The notes beneath the pieces were generated by a model that was not told the origin of the DNA, did not search any database, and saw nothing but the letters and a program-made list of their open reading frames with translations. 64,000 nt of DNA from a bacterium (GTDB lineage Bacteria > Patescibacteriota > Minisyncoccia > UBA6257 > MFKM01). The stretch spans positions 1,324-65,323 of the forward strand of contig JAUYAV010000019.1 of NCBI GenBank assembly GCA_030693325.1. Reading direction: 5' to 3'. The position numbers and the translations under genes were made by a program. Positions 9,555-19,309 of this stretch are shown in pieces. The stretch's first letter is position 1. Each line of letters starts with the position of its first letter.

Positions 9555-10952
9555 TTAAACAGATTTATTTATTAATTCTTTTATTAAAATTATCTTTTGG
9601 TTTAAAACCGGATTTTGGTTAATTTCTTTGGAAATTTTTTCGCAGGCGTGAATAACAGTGGTGTGGTCTCTTTTCCCGAGTTTTTCTCCGATAAAAGGAT
9701 AGGAGGCGTTAAGCATTTCCCGAAGCAGGTACATGGCAATCTGGCGCGGTTCAACTACCTCTTTCTTTTTACATTTGGCGATTAAATCGGGTAGTGAGAT
9801 TTCAAAAAATTCAGCTACGGTTTTAACTACGTCATTGGGGTTGATGTTCTTTGTATTAACCCGCACCACTTCATTAATAATTTCTTCCAGTTTCTGGCCG
9901 TCAATTTTCTCTTTCCTGACATCCTCTAAAAAAACAACCTTATTTAAAACTCCTTCTAATTCCCGAATGTTCTTTTTAACCTTACTGGCTATTAATTCCA
10001 GGGTTTTGTCGTCTATTTGCCATCCATTTTCCTGGGATTTTGCCCTTAAAATGGCTAATCTGGTCTCATAATCGGGATAGCTGATATCAGCTATCATTCC
10101 GCCCTCAAAACGCGAGCGCAATCGTTCTTCAATAGTGGGGATGGCGGCCGGCGGGCGGTCTGAGGACATTATTATCTGTTTGTTGTTCTCATATAAAGCA
10201 TTAAACGTATGGAAAAATTCTTCTTCGGTTCTTTCTTTGCCGCCGATAAATTGAATATCGTCAATTATTAAAACATCAACATCCCGATATTTTCTTTTAA
10301 TATCGTCCATTTTTTTATTGCGAATCGCCCAAATAACATCATTGACGAATTTTTCCGAAGTGACATAAAAAACTTTTACTTTATTTTTATAAATACTTTT
10401 AATTTCATTGCCGACTGCCTGGAGAAGGTGGGTTTTGCCCAAGCCAACGCCGCCGTAAATAAAAAGAGGATTGTATTTTTTGCCAACATCTTTCATCACC
10501 GCCATCATCGCGGCATAAGCCAATTCATTGGAAGAGCCGACAATAAAAGATTTCAAGGTATAGCGGGGGTTGAGATTTGATTCCGGGTCAATTTTTAATT
10601 CAATCAGTGGTCTTTGATTGTCGGTTTCAATAATAGCTTCCGAATCAATCCCCTTCTTGATTTTTATCAAATTTTTTTGAGGCTGGCTTTCAACAGTGTA
10701 TTCAACAACCCTGATAGAACTGTCTAAATTTCTTAATGACCCTAAAATTAATTTATGATAACGGTTTTTTACCCACTCTTTCGCAAAATTATTCGGCAGT
10801 CCGACTAATACCGTGCCGTCGCCTTCTTTTTTATCAATAAGACGACTGTTCTTTAGCCAAGTGAGAAAATCCGGCCGCGAAAGTTGGATTTCGATTTCTC
10901 CTAAAACGCCTTGCCAGAGATCGTTAAGGTTTATGTCAGTCATTGTTTTCAT
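9555..10952 (-). CDS. dnaA: Chromosomal replication initiator DnaA
   Basis: Walker A GGVGLGKTHLLQAVG; Walker B VLIIDDIQF; C-terminal DNA-binding domain; divergent from rpmH. Confidence 0.93.
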   Translation of the reverse strand: MKTMTDINLNDLWQGVLGEIEIQLSRPDFLTWLKNSRLIDKKEGDGTVLVGLPNNFAKEWVKNRYHKLILGSLRNLDSSIRVVEYTVESQPQKNLIKIKKGIDSEAIIETDNQRPLIELKIDPESNLNPRYTLKSFIVGSSNELAYAAMMAVMKDVGKKYNPLFIYGGVGLGKTHLLQAVGNEIKSIYKNKVKVFYVTSEKFVNDVIWAIRNKKMDDIKRKYRDVDVLIIDDIQFIGGKERTEEEFFHTFNALYENNKQIIMSSDRPPAAIPTIEERLRSRFEGGMIADISYPDYETRLAILRAKSQENGWQIDDKTLELIASKVKKNIRELEGVLNKVVFLEDVRKEKIDGQKLEEIINEVVRVNTKNINPNDVVKTVAEFFEISLPDLIAKCKKKEVVEPRQIAMYLLREMLNASYPFIGEKLGKRDHTTVIHACEKISKEINQNPVLNQKIILIKELINKSV

Positions 10953-11047
10953 TTTAAACTATAAAATCCACAAAGCAAGATTGCAAAAAAATACCTTTTG
11001 TGATTTACTTGTTGATAAGTTGGGGATAAGTGTTAAAATTAAACAAA
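10953..11047. promoter_or_regulatory. dnaA-rpmH divergent spacer with DnaA-box-like motifs (candidate oriC / dnaA promoter)
   Basis: aaATCCACAaa; ttgttgataag (reverse complement TTATCAACA); ggggataagtg (reverse complement TTATCCCCA). Confidence 0.5.
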
Positions 11048-11182
11048 ATGTCAGTTACCTATCAGCCAAAAAAGAAAAAAAGAAGCAGATCTCACGGGTT
11101 TCTGAAAAGAAAGCGAACTGTTGGAGGCCGACGAACGATAACCAGGCGCCGACAAAAAAATCGGAAAAAATTAACGGTTTAA
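11048..11182 (+). CDS. rpmH: 50S ribosomal protein L34
   Basis: [44 protein letters not shown] (44 aa). Not in the ORF track because it is short; classic position next to dnaA. Confidence 0.9.
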   Translation: MSVTYQPKKKKRSRSHGFLKRKRTVGGRRTITRRRQKNRKKLTV

Positions 11183-11188
11183 TTCATT

Positions 11189-11875
11189 ATGTTTAATAAG
11201 CTGCTCTACCAGCCGATTCTTGAGTTTTTGATATTTATTTATAAATTTATCGCTTTTCATGATTTGGGCTTGGCTATTATTTTATTGACAATCTTCATAA
11301 GATTGTTGCTTTTGCCGTTTTTTTATCACGGGGCGAAGGAACAGACAAAAATTCAAAGATTGCAGCCCTTGGTTAAGAAAATCCAGGAAGACCACAAACA
11401 CGACAAAGAAAAACAAACTCAGGCCTTAATGGCGCTTTATAAAGAACACAGTATCAATCCCTTCTCCAGTATTTTGCTTTTGATTATTCAATTGCCGATT
11501 TTAATCGCTCTTTATCGGGTTTTTCTAACCGGACTTTCCAATACCATTTTTGATAGTCATAATTTTTTGGGGTTAATTAATTTAAACCAAAAAAGTTTAT
11601 TGATAACGGTTTTGGCGGTTTTGGCGCAATATCTGCAGGGACGAATGATGTTGCCGAAAAATACCGGTCAGGCCACAGGTGCTGACAAAACCAGCCAGGC
11701 AATGCTATTATATATCGGACCGGCGCTGACTCTTATTATCTTGACCAATCTTCCGTCTGCTCTCGGTCTTTATTGGTTGGTTTCTTCTGTTTTTTCTTTG
11801 GGTCAGCAAATTTTTATTAATAAAAATTTAGAAAAACATGGAACAATTATCGGAGAAAATAAAAAAACTGCTTGA
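11189..11875 (+). CDS. yidC: Membrane protein insertase YidC (short form)
   Basis: 228 aa polytopic protein; follows rpmH; conserved YidC/Oxa1 C-terminal helices. Confidence 0.8.
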   Translation: MFNKLLYQPILEFLIFIYKFIAFHDLGLAIILLTIFIRLLLLPFFYHGAKEQTKIQRLQPLVKKIQEDHKHDKEKQTQALMALYKEHSINPFSSILLLIIQLPILIALYRVFLTGLSNTIFDSHNFLGLINLNQKSLLITVLAVLAQYLQGRMMLPKNTGQATGADKTSQAMLLYIGPALTLIILTNLPSALGLYWLVSSVFSLGQQIFINKNLEKHGTIIGENKKTA

Positions 11876-12290
11876 GTTGATGGGAGCGGAGGATTTTGAA
11901 ATCAATTTTAATGAACCGTCTAAAAGATTTTCAATCACCACCAATGACCAGTTAATCGCTGAGAATTTGCAGGGTTTTCTGGAGGATTTTGAATATATGA
12001 TTAATCTGATCTCCCAGAAAGAAAACCAGCAAAAAGTGTGGCTGGATGTGAATAATTACCGCCGGGAGCGTGAACGATTAATCGCTGAATTAGCCAAAGC
12101 CGCCGCCCACAAAGCGATTATTAATAAGGAAGAAATTCAATTGCCGCCGATGAACGCTTATGAGCGCCGGCTGGTCCATTTAGAGATTGTCAATCATCCC
12201 GATTTAAAAACCGAGAGTGTCGGTGAGGGAAAAGAGAGGCACGTAATAATTAAACCGATAGAATTACAGCAATTACAGCAATTACAGTAA
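11838..12290 (+). CDS. jag: Jag/KhpB-like KH+R3H RNA-binding protein
   Basis: yidC-jag synteny; R3H-like C-terminal motif (YERRLVHLEIVNHPDLKTESVGEG). Start could instead be the in-frame ATG at 11880. Confidence 0.7.
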   Translation: MEQLSEKIKKLLELMGAEDFEINFNEPSKRFSITTNDQLIAENLQGFLEDFEYMINLISQKENQQKVWLDVNNYRRERERLIAELAKAAAHKAIINKEEIQLPPMNAYERRLVHLEIVNHPDLKTESVGEGKERHVIIKPIELQQLQQLQ

Positions 12291-12315
12291 TTACGGTAAT
12301 TGCTGTAATTACTCA
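12262..12315. repeat. GTAATTAC palindromic 9-mer array (jag end / convergent gene)
   Basis: gaattacagcaattacagcaattacagtaattacggtaattgctgtaattact; also encodes a QQL repeat at the jag C-terminus. Confidence 0.8.
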
Positions 12316-13421
12316 ACTTCCAAAGAATATAATTGATTATCGTAGCGATTGATGAAAAGAATTTGATCGCCGAGAATTTTTAAATCAGAGGCATCGATTA
12401 TTTTCCCTTCGGTAGGGGCGAAAATCAGTTCCGGGGCGACTAAGTTATTTAAGTTAAATTTATAAAGCGCGTCTATAGTGTAAATTGATTTTTGAAGATA
12501 ATCATCCGGCCAGTTTATTTTGGGATTAGCTGAGGTGAAAAGAAAGCAATAAAGAGAATCTGATTTTAAAACGCATTTATCCGGCAGAACCATTATTGAA
12601 AAATTATTTATTGTTTGCCCGGTCCAATTTATTAAACTGCTTTTTTGGTTTTGGAATTTCAGGCCCGAATCTTCTTTCAGCCATTTAATCATCAAACCGG
12701 TTCCCGGCGGGACAATTTCGGTAAAAGTTGTCTTAGTCGGCTTGGCAAAATTAAGACGCCAAGCCGAACCCATTACTGAATTAGACGGTTTGCCGGTAAA
12801 AATTATCTCATCCGGTATCAGCCAATTCATTTTTAAATCTTGAAGAGAAAAGTTTTTGACAATTGTTGTTGAGGACTTCGCTTTTTGCTTGGGATCGCTT
12901 GATAAATACTTGGCCAAATCAAGAATAATTAAATCGGTCTGGTTATTTTGGTTTATGATAGCGGCTAATCTTTTTCCTTCAGGCGACCAGGCCACAGATT
13001 TAATCTCCAAAGGCAGAGGCGACCAGGTACTGCTCGCTAAATCAAAAATACTGAATTGCGGTTGGCGAGAATCGCCGAAAGCGGCAATGACTTTTTGGCT
13101 GTCAGGCGACGGCAAGGCGAAATTGAGATTAGTAATTGTTTGTTCCGAGAGATAAGTATTTTGAGGAGCGCCGATTTTGGCGATTTTCCCTTCAGGAGTA
13201 ATATAAAAAATTTCTTGGCTCGTGGAGGCCGTCCAATAGTCAAAAACCGGTTCCTGGGAAACAATTTTTAGTTGGCTTGCCGCTTGTTGCGCGCTTGTTG
13301 ATTCTGTTTCCGGTTTAGCGGTGATAATCGGTGAAGCTGCTCGGCTTATAAAATAGTAAATAACCCAGCCAAGCGCTAGAACTCCGACTACCCCTATGAT
13401 GATTGCTAAAATTTTGCGCAT
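12309..13421 (-). CDS. Membrane-anchored protein with TolB-like beta-propeller repeats (hypothetical)
   Basis: N-terminal TM helix; WSPEGKRLAAII-type propeller repeat; last gene of the minus-strand block that follows the T4SS-like genes. Confidence 0.45.
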   Translation of the reverse strand: MRKILAIIIGVVGVLALGWVIYYFISRAASPIITAKPETESTSAQQAASQLKIVSQEPVFDYWTASTSQEIFYITPEGKIAKIGAPQNTYLSEQTITNLNFALPSPDSQKVIAAFGDSRQPQFSIFDLASSTWSPLPLEIKSVAWSPEGKRLAAIINQNNQTDLIILDLAKYLSSDPKQKAKSSTTIVKNFSLQDLKMNWLIPDEIIFTGKPSNSVMGSAWRLNFAKPTKTTFTEIVPPGTGLMIKWLKEDSGLKFQNQKSSLINWTGQTINNFSIMVLPDKCVLKSDSLYCFLFTSANPKINWPDDYLQKSIYTIDALYKFNLNNLVAPELIFAPTEGKIIDASDLKILGDQILFINRYDNQLYSLEVE

Positions 13422-13464
13422 ATTATCTTAAAGATTAAGAATTAAAAGCTCAGATAATAATTAT

Positions 13465-14178
13465 TTATTTAGGTGTTTTAGAAATACAAATTTTTCCTGA
13501 TCCTTTTGCAGAATTTCCTTGGCAAGCATCCGTCTCGATACTAGGACCATACATAAGTTCCCATCCCTCTTTTTTCAATTCGTTAAATTCTTTTTCAGTA
13601 ACCCAAGTATATTGAATTTCGCCTACTCTTGTTACTTCTGTTTCGCCTATTTTGTTTCCCAAAGAATCTCTAAGGGGTATCTTTTCGGTTCCTCCCACTG
13701 TTTCAAGAACCCCTGGTTTGACCTCTTTTAAATATTCCGGTAATTTATATTCCGGCAGTTTTATAATTTCAATATTAGGGTCGGTTAAACTGACTAATTT
13801 GGGGTCAATGGTGTAAAGAATCAGATAAGCGCCAAAAAGCAGGGCAATGCCCCAAAGCGCTTGGAAAATGCGGTCAGCGGCATCTTTCTGGGTAGTAGCG
13901 TTGCCGGCTGAAACAATGTATTGAATAGCGCCGAAAATTATCATTCCAAAGGCCAGCGCCCCGGAGATCATCAAAGCGAATTGGTAAAAACGGGCGATGT
14001 AGGCCGCCGGACTTTGGGCTGTCTGCTCGGCGGTCGGGCAGGTTCCGCCGGCTATCGGCGAACAAGGAAATTGATATTTTAATTCAGCCGCAAAAACAGG
14101 CGTAGAAAGTAGAAAATAGAAAGTAGAAAATAGAAAAATAGAAGCGAAAATTATAGATTTGTATTTATTGCTGGACAT
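13465..14178 (-). CDS. TrbC/VirB2-like pilin-type protein with C-terminal extension
   Basis: Signal peptide ...STPVFA/AEL followed by two hydrophobic helices (IARFYQFALMISGALAFGMIIFGAIQYIVSAGN ... IFQALWGIALLFGAYLIL), as in VirB2/TrbC pilins. Confidence 0.5.
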   Translation of the reverse strand: MSSNKYKSIIFASIFLFSTFYFLLSTPVFAAELKYQFPCSPIAGGTCPTAEQTAQSPAAYIARFYQFALMISGALAFGMIIFGAIQYIVSAGNATTQKDAADRIFQALWGIALLFGAYLILYTIDPKLVSLTDPNIEIIKLPEYKLPEYLKEVKPGVLETVGGTEKIPLRDSLGNKIGETEVTRVGEIQYTWVTEKEFNELKKEGWELMYGPSIETDACQGNSAKGSGKICISKTPK

Positions 14179-14854
14179 TTAAATTAATTTCTTTAGACCC
14201 TAATTCCAAATCATTTTTCAAATTTTGAGCGGTAATCTTGATATTGATGTTTTGGTTTGAAGGAATAGGCGGAGTTAGCGTCAGTCCTAAGAGATTATCT
14301 CCTTTGTTTGCGAATGTCTGGCCGTTTACCAGCCAAGTAAATAGTAGTTCTCCTAAATTATTTATATTAAAGAAATAAGGAATGGCTTGGAAATCATTTT
14401 TTTTACCCAAGGGAATGGAATTATTTGCCGGAGAAGGGGTTTGAATAACGATTTTGGGATTGGCGATCGGAATATCAGCCGTGCCGTCATATTCTTGCTG
14501 ATTATAATTGACCGCGGCCCGGACAAAATGAGAATTAGTCGCGCCTTTAGTCGCGGTAAAATTTATTTGTTTTAAACCCTGACCTCGCCCCAATAATTTT
14601 CCGTCAAGATACCAGAAAATGTCGGCTTTTGATAAATCTTGGATTTTATTTGTTATTACCAATTCCAAACCGAGTTTAATATTGGTGCCGGACGCGGGCA
14701 AAATTTTTCCTTGATATTCCGCCGGAACAAAACTTTGAGCCTGCCAGGTGATTAAAACTTGGGAAGCGGTTTGAGCGGTTGCGGACAAGACAGAAAGTAA
14801 AAAGCAAAAACTTGAAAGTATAAAAAGAAATAAAATTTTATTTTTTAAATTCAT
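14165..14854 (-). CDS. Secreted beta-rich protein (T4SS-like cluster, unknown function)
   Basis: Signal peptide; 14-nt overlap with the downstream gene, consistent with an operon. Confidence 0.4.
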   Translation of the reverse strand: MNLKNKILFLFILSSFCFLLSVLSATAQTASQVLITWQAQSFVPAEYQGKILPASGTNIKLGLELVITNKIQDLSKADIFWYLDGKLLGRGQGLKQINFTATKGATNSHFVRAAVNYNQQEYDGTADIPIANPKIVIQTPSPANNSIPLGKKNDFQAIPYFFNINNLGELLFTWLVNGQTFANKGDNLLGLTLTPPIPSNQNINIKITAQNLKNDLELGSKEINLNVQQ

Positions 14855-14865
14855 AATTTGAGTTT

Positions 14866-14910
14866 CAATTACTTAATTACCCAATTACTTAATTACTGTT
14901 TAGTAATTTT
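14866..14910. repeat. TAATTAC-type repeat array
   Basis: caattacttaattacccaattacttaattactgtttagtaatt. Confidence 0.6.
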
Positions 14911-15282
14911 TTCGGTAGCGGCCCCTATTTTACCACTAGCAACTGCCGCTACTTGTGTTATTTTGGGGTGGTTAGCTAAATAAATTGTCACATTCAAACT
15001 GACGGTTTTCCCGAAAGGAAGGTCAAGCCCTAAGAAATTAGCCGCCCCATCCAACAAACTGCCGCTTAAATACCACAACCCCTTTATTCCTTTCATTATA
15101 AGCCAAAACTGAATAATTAGCCAAGTGAACCCGGCCACAATCCATTTTACTACTAAAAGAATTTGTCCGAGCACCGGTATGGCTACCAAAAGAGTTGCCG
15201 CTAATTCAAACAAATCCGCCGGGATCACAATCATATTCATCAGAATTATTTCCACTAAACCAATTTTTGGGCTTTCCTCCAT
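14893..15282 (-). CDS. Small polytopic membrane protein (T4SS-like cluster)
   Basis: 129 aa with 3 predicted TM helices. Confidence 0.4.
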   Translation of the reverse strand: MEESPKIGLVEIILMNMIVIPADLFELAATLLVAIPVLGQILLVVKWIVAGFTWLIIQFWLIMKGIKGLWYLSGSLLDGAANFLGLDLPFGKTVSLNVTIYLANHPKITQVAAVASGKIGAATEKITKQ

Positions 15283-15304
15283 TTTTCTTAATTACTAATT
15301 ACTT

Positions 15305-17056
15305 TTATCCCTCAGCTTCTTTCTTTTCTAAAATTTGCTCCGGGTTGGTGGTAATCATTTGGTCTTCGGTGTAAGAAGCGACCACTTTTAAGGCGGCGTG
15401 TTTTTGGCCGGCGAAAAACAAACCTTCGCCTACCGCCGCTTCCAGAAGAAAAGTTTTTTCCACGTCTGTCAGACCGAAAGTTTTAGCGACCAAATCAATA
15501 GTGGCTGGCGCTTGTTTCATCAAAAATTGAAGCGAAGAGTTGTTGATAATCGGCCGGCCGTAAGGAGAGCCCAGAAAATCTTCCACATCTTGGGTGATAG
15601 TCGTCACGCCCAAATAATATTTTCTCGCTCTTTTGGCTAAGCCGAAAAGGAAAGAAGCGCTGTCGGCGTATTTCATCATCCACCAGGCCTCGTCAATGAC
15701 CACGATTCTCTTTTTAAGTTCGGTTCGGATGAGATTCCAGAGAAAATTAAGAATGATGTACATTGCAATCGGCCGCAGTTCGTCTTCCAGATCGCGGATG
15801 GAAAAAACTACCAGGCGGTTTTTGATATTGACGTTGGTCGGCTGATTGGTGAAGCCGGCGTAAGAACCGCGGGTGAATTTTTCCAGACGTTTTGCCAAGC
15901 CGGACCCGCCCTCGGTATTTTCCAGAATCGTCTGGAGATCTTCCATTAAAGGCGGCTGGGCTTGGGAAAAATCTTTTTCCGGAGTGATGTCGCGGGAAGC
16001 GTAGGTTTCCAAAATCGTCCGGTCCAATATCGCGTCTTCTTCCGGGCTGACTTCGCCAAGCATTAATTTAACCAAACCAACGAGATTAAGAACGTGCGAC
16101 TTGAATACTTCCGCCGGTTCTTCGTCCTGAGGAATAACAGGGATATCAAAAGGGTTGATATGACTGGCTGAGGTTAGGGAAATTTTGAAATAACTGCCGC
16201 CGATGGTATCCGCCAGGTTTTGGTATTCGTTTTCCGGGTCAATAATAATAACGTCCGTTCCCATCATCATTGAACGCAGGACTTCCAGTTTGGCAAAATA
16301 ACTTTTTCCGGCGCCGGCTTTGGCAAAAACGGTGAAATTCGCGTTTTCCAAAGAAAACCGGTCAAAAATCACCAGACTGTTATTACTTAGATTGACGCCG
16401 TAAAGAATACCTTCATCTGAAGTCAGATCCGCCGAAATAAACGGAAAAATAGAAGAAGCGGGTCCGGAATTAAGCGGCGTGCGAATCGCTATTTTGTCCG
16501 CGCCTAAAGGCAAAACCGAAGAGAAGGCCTCCGGCTGCTGGAAAAGCGCGGGCTTGATATAAACCAGTTTGCTTTCCAAAAGTGAGACAATGAGATTTTC
16601 CAAACGCGCCAATTCTTTGGGGTCGCTTCCGTAGATAGTAATATAAATTCCAACTTCAAAAAGTTTTTCCTGGGCTTGCTGGAGCGCGTCCCGAAGATTT
16701 TCCACGTCTTGGTAAGCGGTTTCAAGCATCGGGTCGCGGACCAGTCCTTTTTCTTCCCGTACCATTATTTGAGCTTGAATTTGAGCGGTTTTTTTTCGGA
16801 GATTTCGCAAGGCCAAAGCCGTATCAATGGGATGGATATGAACGGCGATATCAAGAACTTCCGCTAAATTAATTATCGGCGAGAACCAGCCGCTGGTTAA
16901 ATAGCGGGGGTAAGTGAAAAGGAAAAAAGTTTTGACATATTTTTCTCCGAGCTTAAGATAGCCGGCGTTAACTTCCAAACCCGCCGGGGCGATGATGTCT
17001 TTGATGTCTTTCCCTGAAGCCGTATAACCTTTTGGAATTTCTATTTTTTTAGGCAT
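15305..17056 (-). CDS. VirB4/TrbE/CagE-family conjugative-type ATPase, C-terminal ATPase part
   Basis: Walker A FAKAGAGKSYFAK; Walker B with the VirB4 hallmark RIVVIDEAWWMM; 583 aa. Confidence 0.75.
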   Translation of the reverse strand: MPKKIEIPKGYTASGKDIKDIIAPAGLEVNAGYLKLGEKYVKTFFLFTYPRYLTSGWFSPIINLAEVLDIAVHIHPIDTALALRNLRKKTAQIQAQIMVREEKGLVRDPMLETAYQDVENLRDALQQAQEKLFEVGIYITIYGSDPKELARLENLIVSLLESKLVYIKPALFQQPEAFSSVLPLGADKIAIRTPLNSGPASSIFPFISADLTSDEGILYGVNLSNNSLVIFDRFSLENANFTVFAKAGAGKSYFAKLEVLRSMMMGTDVIIIDPENEYQNLADTIGGSYFKISLTSASHINPFDIPVIPQDEEPAEVFKSHVLNLVGLVKLMLGEVSPEEDAILDRTILETYASRDITPEKDFSQAQPPLMEDLQTILENTEGGSGLAKRLEKFTRGSYAGFTNQPTNVNIKNRLVVFSIRDLEDELRPIAMYIILNFLWNLIRTELKKRIVVIDEAWWMMKYADSASFLFGLAKRARKYYLGVTTITQDVEDFLGSPYGRPIINNSSLQFLMKQAPATIDLVAKTFGLTDVEKTFLLEAAVGEGLFFAGQKHAALKVVASYTEDQMITTNPEQILEKKEAEG

Positions 17057-17726
17057 TTTCTTTGGTTATTTTCAATTCTCCCCTTTCAACTAATTGGGGG
17101 TTATAAAGATTGTAAACAAGCTCAATGGATTCTTCGGTGCCGAGCGGAATCGCCCGCAAACCGATTTGCTGAAGGCCGGCAACCACTTGGTCAGTTCTCT
17201 GGCTAAGTTGCTGGAGATTTTGCTGGAGATTTTCGGTTTGAGCGGCCTGGTTTTGGGAAGCCGAAGTTTTTTCCTGCCTGTCGGCAGGCAGGGCTTTTTT
17301 AATAAAACTAATTACGCCTTTGGCGGCTTTCGGCAAATAAACCGGGTCATAAGGGACTACCACAAAAAAAGTTTTATCCATAATGGCGTTATTCGCCACA
17401 AATGATTTTATAAATTCCAGGTATTCGGCAATCTGGGTTTTCAATAATTCATTGGATTCCTGCGAATGGCGTTCCTGGAGTTTTGAAAGATAGGATTCAA
17501 TATTCAGGCGGCGGGAATGAATGAAAATCTGGATTGAAAAGTCCAGGGCATTCAAGAGATTTTGATAACCGTAAGTCATCAAGTCCTGTTCTTGTTCTGA
17601 TTTTAAATCAAAATTCACTCCGCTTACCATTAACAACTGGCGCAAAGCGCCGTTTTTAAGAAAAATTACGCCGTCGCGGATTTCCTGAAGTTCCACGAAT
17701 TCCTGGGTTGATAATGTTTTGGGCAT
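17049..17726 (-). CDS. VirB4-family N-terminal domain protein (split from ATPase part, 8-nt ATGCCTAA overlap)
   Basis: IRDGVIFLKNGALRQLLMVSGVNFDLKSEQEQ resembles Gram-positive VirB4 (PrgJ/TcpF/Orf16-type) N-termini. Its stop overlaps the downstream start. Confidence 0.55.
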   Translation of the reverse strand: MPKTLSTQEFVELQEIRDGVIFLKNGALRQLLMVSGVNFDLKSEQEQDLMTYGYQNLLNALDFSIQIFIHSRRLNIESYLSKLQERHSQESNELLKTQIAEYLEFIKSFVANNAIMDKTFFVVVPYDPVYLPKAAKGVISFIKKALPADRQEKTSASQNQAAQTENLQQNLQQLSQRTDQVVAGLQQIGLRAIPLGTEESIELVYNLYNPQLVERGELKITKENA

Positions 17727-17748
17727 TTATTTAATTATAAATTTTTAA

Positions 17749-18252
17749 TTATCTATAGTCCACTCTTTTCGCCGCTTGTTTTTCACCGGTGGATTTTCGG
17801 AAAATTTGATAGCGTTCTTGAACGTTTCGCATGGCGGATTTTTCTCCGGGCAGAGGCAAACGGCTGGTTAAAATTTTTTGGCCGAGGGATTTGATTTTTT
17901 GCTGGAAGCTCAGTTCTTTTTTAATTTCTTCAATTTGCTTCGCTTCTTCTGGCAAAATTATTTCTTCTTTTTCAATTTCTCTTTTCCAAAAATAAACTCG
18001 CGGCCGCCAGTAATAAAATAGAGCGGAAAAAAGGATTTTGGTCAGTGATTGGCCGTTGATTTCTATCAAAGCCAGCGCGCTGGCCGCTCCGAGTAAAATA
18101 ATACTGGCCATAAACCAAAGCCAAAATTGAAAAATAAAAAACATAAGAAAACTCAACCCGCATGCTGCGGCGATATAAAAAAATTGCTGGAGGGTTAAAG
18201 GTCCGACAATTCTTTCTTTAACTTCGTAATATTGAGGAACTTGAAACTGCAT
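17749..18252 (-). CDS. PrgI/VirB3-like two-TM protein
   Basis: Two adjacent TM helices (FFYIAAACGLSFLMFFIFQFWLWFMASIILLGAASALALI) and a charged C-terminus; directly upstream of VirB4 as in Gram-positive T4SS. Confidence 0.5.
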   Translation of the reverse strand: MQFQVPQYYEVKERIVGPLTLQQFFYIAAACGLSFLMFFIFQFWLWFMASIILLGAASALALIEINGQSLTKILFSALFYYWRPRVYFWKREIEKEEIILPEEAKQIEEIKKELSFQQKIKSLGQKILTSRLPLPGEKSAMRNVQERYQIFRKSTGEKQAAKRVDYR

Positions 18253-18253
18253 A

Positions 18254-18287
18254 AATTACAGTAATTACAGTAATTACTGTAATTGTT
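18254..18287. repeat. GTAATTAC palindromic 9-mer array
   Basis: aaattacagtaattacagtaattactgtaattg. Confidence 0.8.
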
Positions 18288-19290
18288 TATTATTCTTTAG
18301 ATTAATAGTGTTTCCTTCCAGTTTCACTTCGTTTGGATTTTTGTTTTCTCTTGCCACGCTAAAAGAATCAAGATTAATGACCGGCGGCGCCGATGGCGTT
18401 ATTGGTTTTGGCAGTTCCGGTTTTATAATAGGCGTCTCAATTTTCTGAGGCGCGATTTCTTTTTGGGGTTGTTCTCTTTGTTTTCCAAAAGGATCGCCTT
18501 GAGTTTTACCGAAGGGAGTGGGGATATCCACTTCTCGGTAATGAATTATTCTCTGTTTCGGGGCTTCGGTTTTGGCAACGACTGGTTCTTTTTTCTCTTC
18601 GATTTTTTGGCCGAAAGTTTCCAATTCCACTTTAATCGGCGATTCCGGCGTTTTAGAGCTTTCTTTTTTAAACCAACCCATAGTCGGCATCGTTGTTTTC
18701 TTTTTTTCGGTAAACGCTTTGGTTTCGGTTTCCTGATGGATGATAAACGGCTGTTCGGCGGAAATTGGCTTCGGAGAAATAACCGGTTCAATTTTCGGCG
18801 GCTGGATTTCGGTTTTGGGCAATTGCGCGGCTTTCGGCAGGTCGGTTATCTCAATGGGTTTGGTTGTAGCTTCTGGTCTGAGGCCTGACGGTTTAAACTC
18901 AATTTCTTTTTCAACTTTCGTTTCCGGTTCGGATTTGATTGTTGGTTTTATTTCCGTCATCGCGCTAGCCGGGCTATAAACTTTTTCTAAATCTGTTCTA
19001 AGCGGGGCAAAAATTTTTCTATTAATTTCATGGCTGATAGGATTAACAATTTGAGGATTCAAATTGAGGGCTTCCTGGATTTCCCGAGCCAGGTCATCGG
19101 GATGAAGAAACCCGAAAATTACATCGCCGACTATCATCGCCATAGTAGAAATTTTTTCCTCAGACAGATGATTAAGGGTGCCGATTTGCCAAACAATATT
19201 GGCATTAATTTCAGAGAACAAAGCCTCTCTCAGGTTATCCGGTAAAGTATCCCATCTTTCTAAAACTTGTTGTCGTGAGATTTGAAGCAT
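18274..19290 (-). CDS. Pro/Lys/Glu-rich disordered protein with structured N-terminal domain (hypothetical)
   Basis: C-terminal half is low-complexity PKxE repeats. Confidence 0.4.
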   Translation of the reverse strand: MLQISRQQVLERWDTLPDNLREALFSEINANIVWQIGTLNHLSEEKISTMAMIVGDVIFGFLHPDDLAREIQEALNLNPQIVNPISHEINRKIFAPLRTDLEKVYSPASAMTEIKPTIKSEPETKVEKEIEFKPSGLRPEATTKPIEITDLPKAAQLPKTEIQPPKIEPVISPKPISAEQPFIIHQETETKAFTEKKKTTMPTMGWFKKESSKTPESPIKVELETFGQKIEEKKEPVVAKTEAPKQRIIHYREVDIPTPFGKTQGDPFGKQREQPQKEIAPQKIETPIIKPELPKPITPSAPPVINLDSFSVARENKNPNEVKLEGNTINLKNNKQLQ

Positions 19291-19309
19291 AAATACAAAT
19301 TATTAGTTA

